Assembly: GCF_000143415.4 (NCBI RefSeq)
Contig: NW_003314311.1
Span: 1,310,769-1,374,768 of the forward strand
Origin: Selaginella moellendorffii
Taxonomy: Eukaryota > Plantae > Lycopodiophyta
Direction of reading: 5' to 3'
Length of the DNA stretch: 64,000 nucleotides
Every line of letters starts with the position of its first letter. Positions within the stretch are counted from its first letter, which is position 1. A program made the position numbers and the translations under genes. Positions 60,056 to 64,000 of the stretch are shown here, piece by piece. The notes beneath the pieces are model-generated. The model did not search any database. It had not been told where the DNA came from and saw only the letters and a program-made list of their open reading frames with translations.

Positions 60056-62112
60056 AGAAGTTGTGCAAACAGGTGATATATCACTCAGGAAGCAGAAACA
60101 CCATTCCCCAAAACCCAACTGCGAAACCAATTGCCACACTGACACCAACAGCTAGACCATTATAAGATGATACACTTGAATGCTTGTCCACAGTCATTGC
60201 TGGTGGTGGTTTGGCTGCGGATGGAATGTTGCATGTGGTGTTGAGAGGAGGACCACATAACCCTGGGTTGCCAGCGAAACTTGAGCTGTCCAAAGTCAAA
60301 AACTGTCCTGTTGTTGGAATTGGCCCACTGAGATTGTTGTTTGAAATATTGAAGAACATGAGGAATGATAAACTTCCAAGCTGCTTTGGAATGCTACCCA
60401 TAAGTCGGTTCTCTTGAAGCTTGAGTATAAGGAGTTGTGTTGCACTGGCAAGAGAAGCCGGAATAGTTCCACTCAGATTACTCCCACTCATACTGCAAAT
60501 ACTTGAGATCCCCAAGCTCCTTGGAATGGAACCATTGAGCTGACTGTTGCCACTGATTCTTATCGTCAACGGGTAAGTGTTGAGGCTCACATGTCAGTCT
60601 ATCAGGAAAGGTTTAAAGCATCAACCAGGTCCGGGTCTCTGTCCAATAGGTGACTTGCAGGTCGGTTTTAAAGCTGTTGAGATTCCCAAGCTCTGGAGGT
60701 ATTCTTTCTGTAAAATAATTATCCGACAAGGAAAGCTGGTGAAAATTTGTCAGGTTGGGGGATATGACCCTTGTAACTGTTCCCCCTTCCTGAAAAGAAC
60801 TGAAGCCAACCCATCCTTTGCATACTACTCGGTAATGAGTCTGTGAATAAGTTACTTCCTTAAGGTGAACCAAGTTGCCTATGCTCCAAGGTAGAATTCC
60901 TTCGACTCTATTATTATGCAGATTCAATATTCTGAGGTTGGTCAGATTTCCGATGGAGTCCAGGAGCCTGCTGCTGAATAATTTTTCCTCTAGGATAAGA
61001 CTTTGCAAGCTGCTGCAATTCGAAATAGCTGCCGCTTAAATCATTGCTGCTAATCTGTAGGTGCTTAAGTGAGAAAATAACATCAGAATTGTACCAGAAA
61101 GCTTGTTGACACCTAAATCGAACAGCTGGAGATTCCCACAGGAACCAATGGAGGGAGGAATTGCTCCTGTGAGGTTGTTTCCACCTACTACCAGAATCTG
61201 AAGCTGAGCCAAGTTACGAAACAATGTTGCCACTGAATTTGTTGCCGGCGAGCTTCAAGACTTGTAGACAGCTAAGGACTTCCGAATGGTTCCTGTAATT
61301 TGATTCTGGCTCAATACAAAGTACGTTAGACTGGGAAAGGCATGTTCCTCAAACCCTGGAAACTGTAGTTGTTGTACCCAGCTTGTATTTGGACCAGTTT
61401 TCTCAATCGCTGCATGCCTCCAGAAAGATTGTTATGGTCCAGAACTAAGTTTACCAGCTGGTTGCAATTGGATAGAGTGTTTGATACTTTAGAACTGAGC
61501 TGATTGTTATCTAGCATGAGCGTTTGAAGCTTCACAAGATTTCCAATGTCTGTGATAAAAACTCATAAGAAGAAAAAAGGAAGACTTGATATAAAATTGC
61601 AGAAAGCGCGAAAGTACCTGGGGGAATATGTCCACTTAAGTTGTTGGCTCCCAAATCAAGGTACTCGACGTTTTTCATGATAGAAATGCCAGAAGCCAAA
61701 ATGTTGTCGCTGAATATGATGGTATGAATCTTGGAGGCCCTACATAAGCCATCATCATCAAAACTCAAATGACCAGTAAAATTGTTGCGTGACAGATCTA
61801 GGGACTCAAGTGCTTGCAATCTGCACCAGAATGGCCATAGGTAACCGCTCAAGCTTGCATTTGAGAGATTGATGCTTAATACACTGTTGTCACTGCTCCA
61901 CTTGATTCCTCTCCAAGAAGAGAGATTTCCAGCATTGACCCAACTAGAGAGTGCATCTCCCCCTTGGTTCTTGGGCTGCTCTTAAAGCAGAGCAATGTGG
62001 CTTCATGACCTTCATATGTTCCCGAGCACTTAGTTTGTGTGTCAGTGAATGCCCCCTGCAGCGCGCATAAGAGTGCCAGAAGCAAAAACCATGATAGCCA
62101 AAAGAGATTCAT
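60056..62112 (-). pseudogene. Frameshifted duplicate of the LRR-RLP at 53712-56002
   Basis: Collinear fragments (MNLFWLSWFLLLALL, MKLQTLMLDNN, SFAGNPGLCGPPL) broken by many small deletions. Confidence 0.85.
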
Positions 62113-62399
62113 GCTTTTGAAGAAACTATTGGCGTTGTGAACTCAGAAGCCACATTTGTAGACTGGATGACAGTCTTTTTTGTCTGGAATTAGAATTGTT
62201 CAAGAGTCTGCCGGCGCTGAGATTCCAAATCTCTCCCTTGAATGCAGGTGGCGCACTGCAAAACCGGACGAAGCGGTTCACGCGGAAAGGAATCCCTATC
62301 GTCGTCACAACAAAACAAACTTCCAAGATCTGTAATAGCTGATCGAATAGGCTCCTCCATTTCTAGGTCACACTAGATTCCTGTTGTTTATTCTAGAGG

Positions 62400-62750
62400 C
62401 CATATGCTTTCGACTGCTCACACACAAGCGGAAAATCCTGGCAAGATTCAGAACAAGCGCTCACAACTTGATGATAGCAAGCGAGACTAAAACTGTTCAG
62501 TGGACTCAGTGAATCAGCGGGGGAAGATGCTCATATGCTGCTGCAATGTCACTGGTGATTGCGATGTTTGTGCACCTGCCCCTACTCCTGCTGCAGACAA
62601 ACTCGACCCATAATACCACGGGAGCAAAGGATATGTAAAATTTGCAAACGGGAGGTGGAGGACGAAGAGCATGTCATGTTTCGATGCCCTGGATACGCTT
62701 CTATCTGCCAGCAATATCCACAGTTACCATGGATAATGGACAAATGAATA
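62400..62750 (+). mobile_element. 3' fragment of a non-LTR (LINE) ORF with CCHC knuckle
   Basis: LARFRTSAHNLMI..IPREQRICKICKREVEDEEHVMFRCPGY. Confidence 0.7.
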
Positions 62751-63149
62751 TTCCAAATTAAATTGCTGATAATGTTTCTCTCGACAGAATTTAGATTGCA
62801 CGCCATAGTTGTCTTATTTAGGGTACATTTTTATAGAGAAGAAAATGAAAGGGCAACAAGAATTTTCATTTAATTCTAGAAGGTATATTGAATCTTTTCT
62901 ATTTTTATGCATTTAACTTATAGATCTTAAAAAAAAGTGTGGCCCATTGTTGAACTAACTTAGGAAAGCCCAAATAACCCTAAAGAGGAAGTAGTTGGAG
63001 CACCAATATAGGAAACACAAGGGGGAGAAGATTATACATCAAAAAAGCAACAATCATTTAGAAAATTCTCAACCAGTTAGACCCTTATGTTTTTACTAAA
63101 ATTGATGGTAAAAGTAAAATAGATTTAAATTTTCTTTTCTTAATTCTTT

Positions 63150-64000
63150 TACACAAAGGACTTAAGAATTTTTTGTGCTTGATGTATTTAAGCCAAGAAA
63201 ACAAATGTCTTTACTAGAGTAGGATTTACTACTATTCAATTGGGAGGTTTGAAAGATCATGATAATTCTAGTGATTATGTAGTTGCAAAGAGGGATAGAG
63301 ATTATAAACAATGACTTGAAGAGGACAAGCAAGGAAGAATAAAGGCATCAATAAGTAATTTGGTTTTATAGGAGGAAAGGAGGATTATATAGGTTATAAA
63401 AGTGAATTATATTTGTGCTACTTTAAACATACCACTACACAGATTTGAGAGGCTTTGTGAGAGTTACAGGAGAGCTGATGCTTTAGATTTCCTAAGTGGT
63501 GGTGAATATAGTTCTTACATAAATCCAATCTTAAGGAAGGAAATGGTTTTAGCAATTGGGGATGGTATTAAAGAGGAACTTTTTTTTTAGAGCTACAAGG
63601 AAGTCTTTTTTTTAGCTTGATGTTAGATAAGAGTATAGATAATTGATTTGAATGACACTTAATTCTTTATATGAGCTATCTCAAAGATAAAGGAAAGGGT
63701 GTTCAAACTATAAAGTTCATTCGATTACTACCTCTTCAAGATGGATTAATTTACAATGGCCTAATTCAAGTAGTAGATAACTTAAATCTGGACTTGAACA
63801 AACTTGTAACTTTAACAACAGATAGATGTAGCACTATGTTGGGGTCTATTACAAGAGTTGTCTAGCATTTTAGAAACAATATTCCAAGATTAGTTGGTAT
63901 GTATTGTATAGCATAGAAAGAAGTATTGGCAGCAAATGATGGATTCAAATTAGATGAAGAGCTTCTTAAGTTTATACACTCTATCCCAAACAAAGTGTAT
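63150..64000 (+). mobile_element. Decayed hAT-superfamily transposase (ZNF862-like)
   Basis: FFSLMLDKSID..HLILYMSYL..FIRLLPL..LNKLVTLTTDRCSTMLG..IPRLVGMYCIA; stops. Confidence 0.7.

Overview
Gene-dense land-plant nuclear DNA. The very short introns, TTTAGGG telomere motifs, CVNH lectin and rDNA-targeting Penelope-like element point to a spike moss such as Selaginella; this is inference. 1-28.5 kb: host genes (CVNH lectin, ZHOUPI-like bHLH, ISE2-like plastid DExH helicase, LRR-RLK, AUGMIN2 plus two broken duplicates, an orphan coiled-coil family, SDF2, a full-size ABCB transporter) and PPR pseudogene fragments. 29.1-51.4 kb is a nested retroelement complex. A decayed orphan 28S rDNA piece is joined to an old Penelope-like element (PLE). 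That PLE is split by a non-coding LTR retroelement (TSD ACATA, PBS, PPT) and by a solo LTR. The LTR element carries ~0.5 kb of 28S rDNA, and a young partial-tandem PLE of the same family sits in it at the same 28S site. The PLE has an orphan 522-aa ORF1, a CxC-linker RT with no visible GIY-YIG endonuclease, and its own internal copies of the 28S target sequence, suggesting homology-primed (telomerase-like) targeting. 51.4-64 kb: copia, PPR, LINE and hAT remnants, one intact LRR receptor-like protein and its pseudogenised duplicate, and a 100-N gap. Exon boundaries and remnant limits were read by eye and are approximate; no database searches were run.
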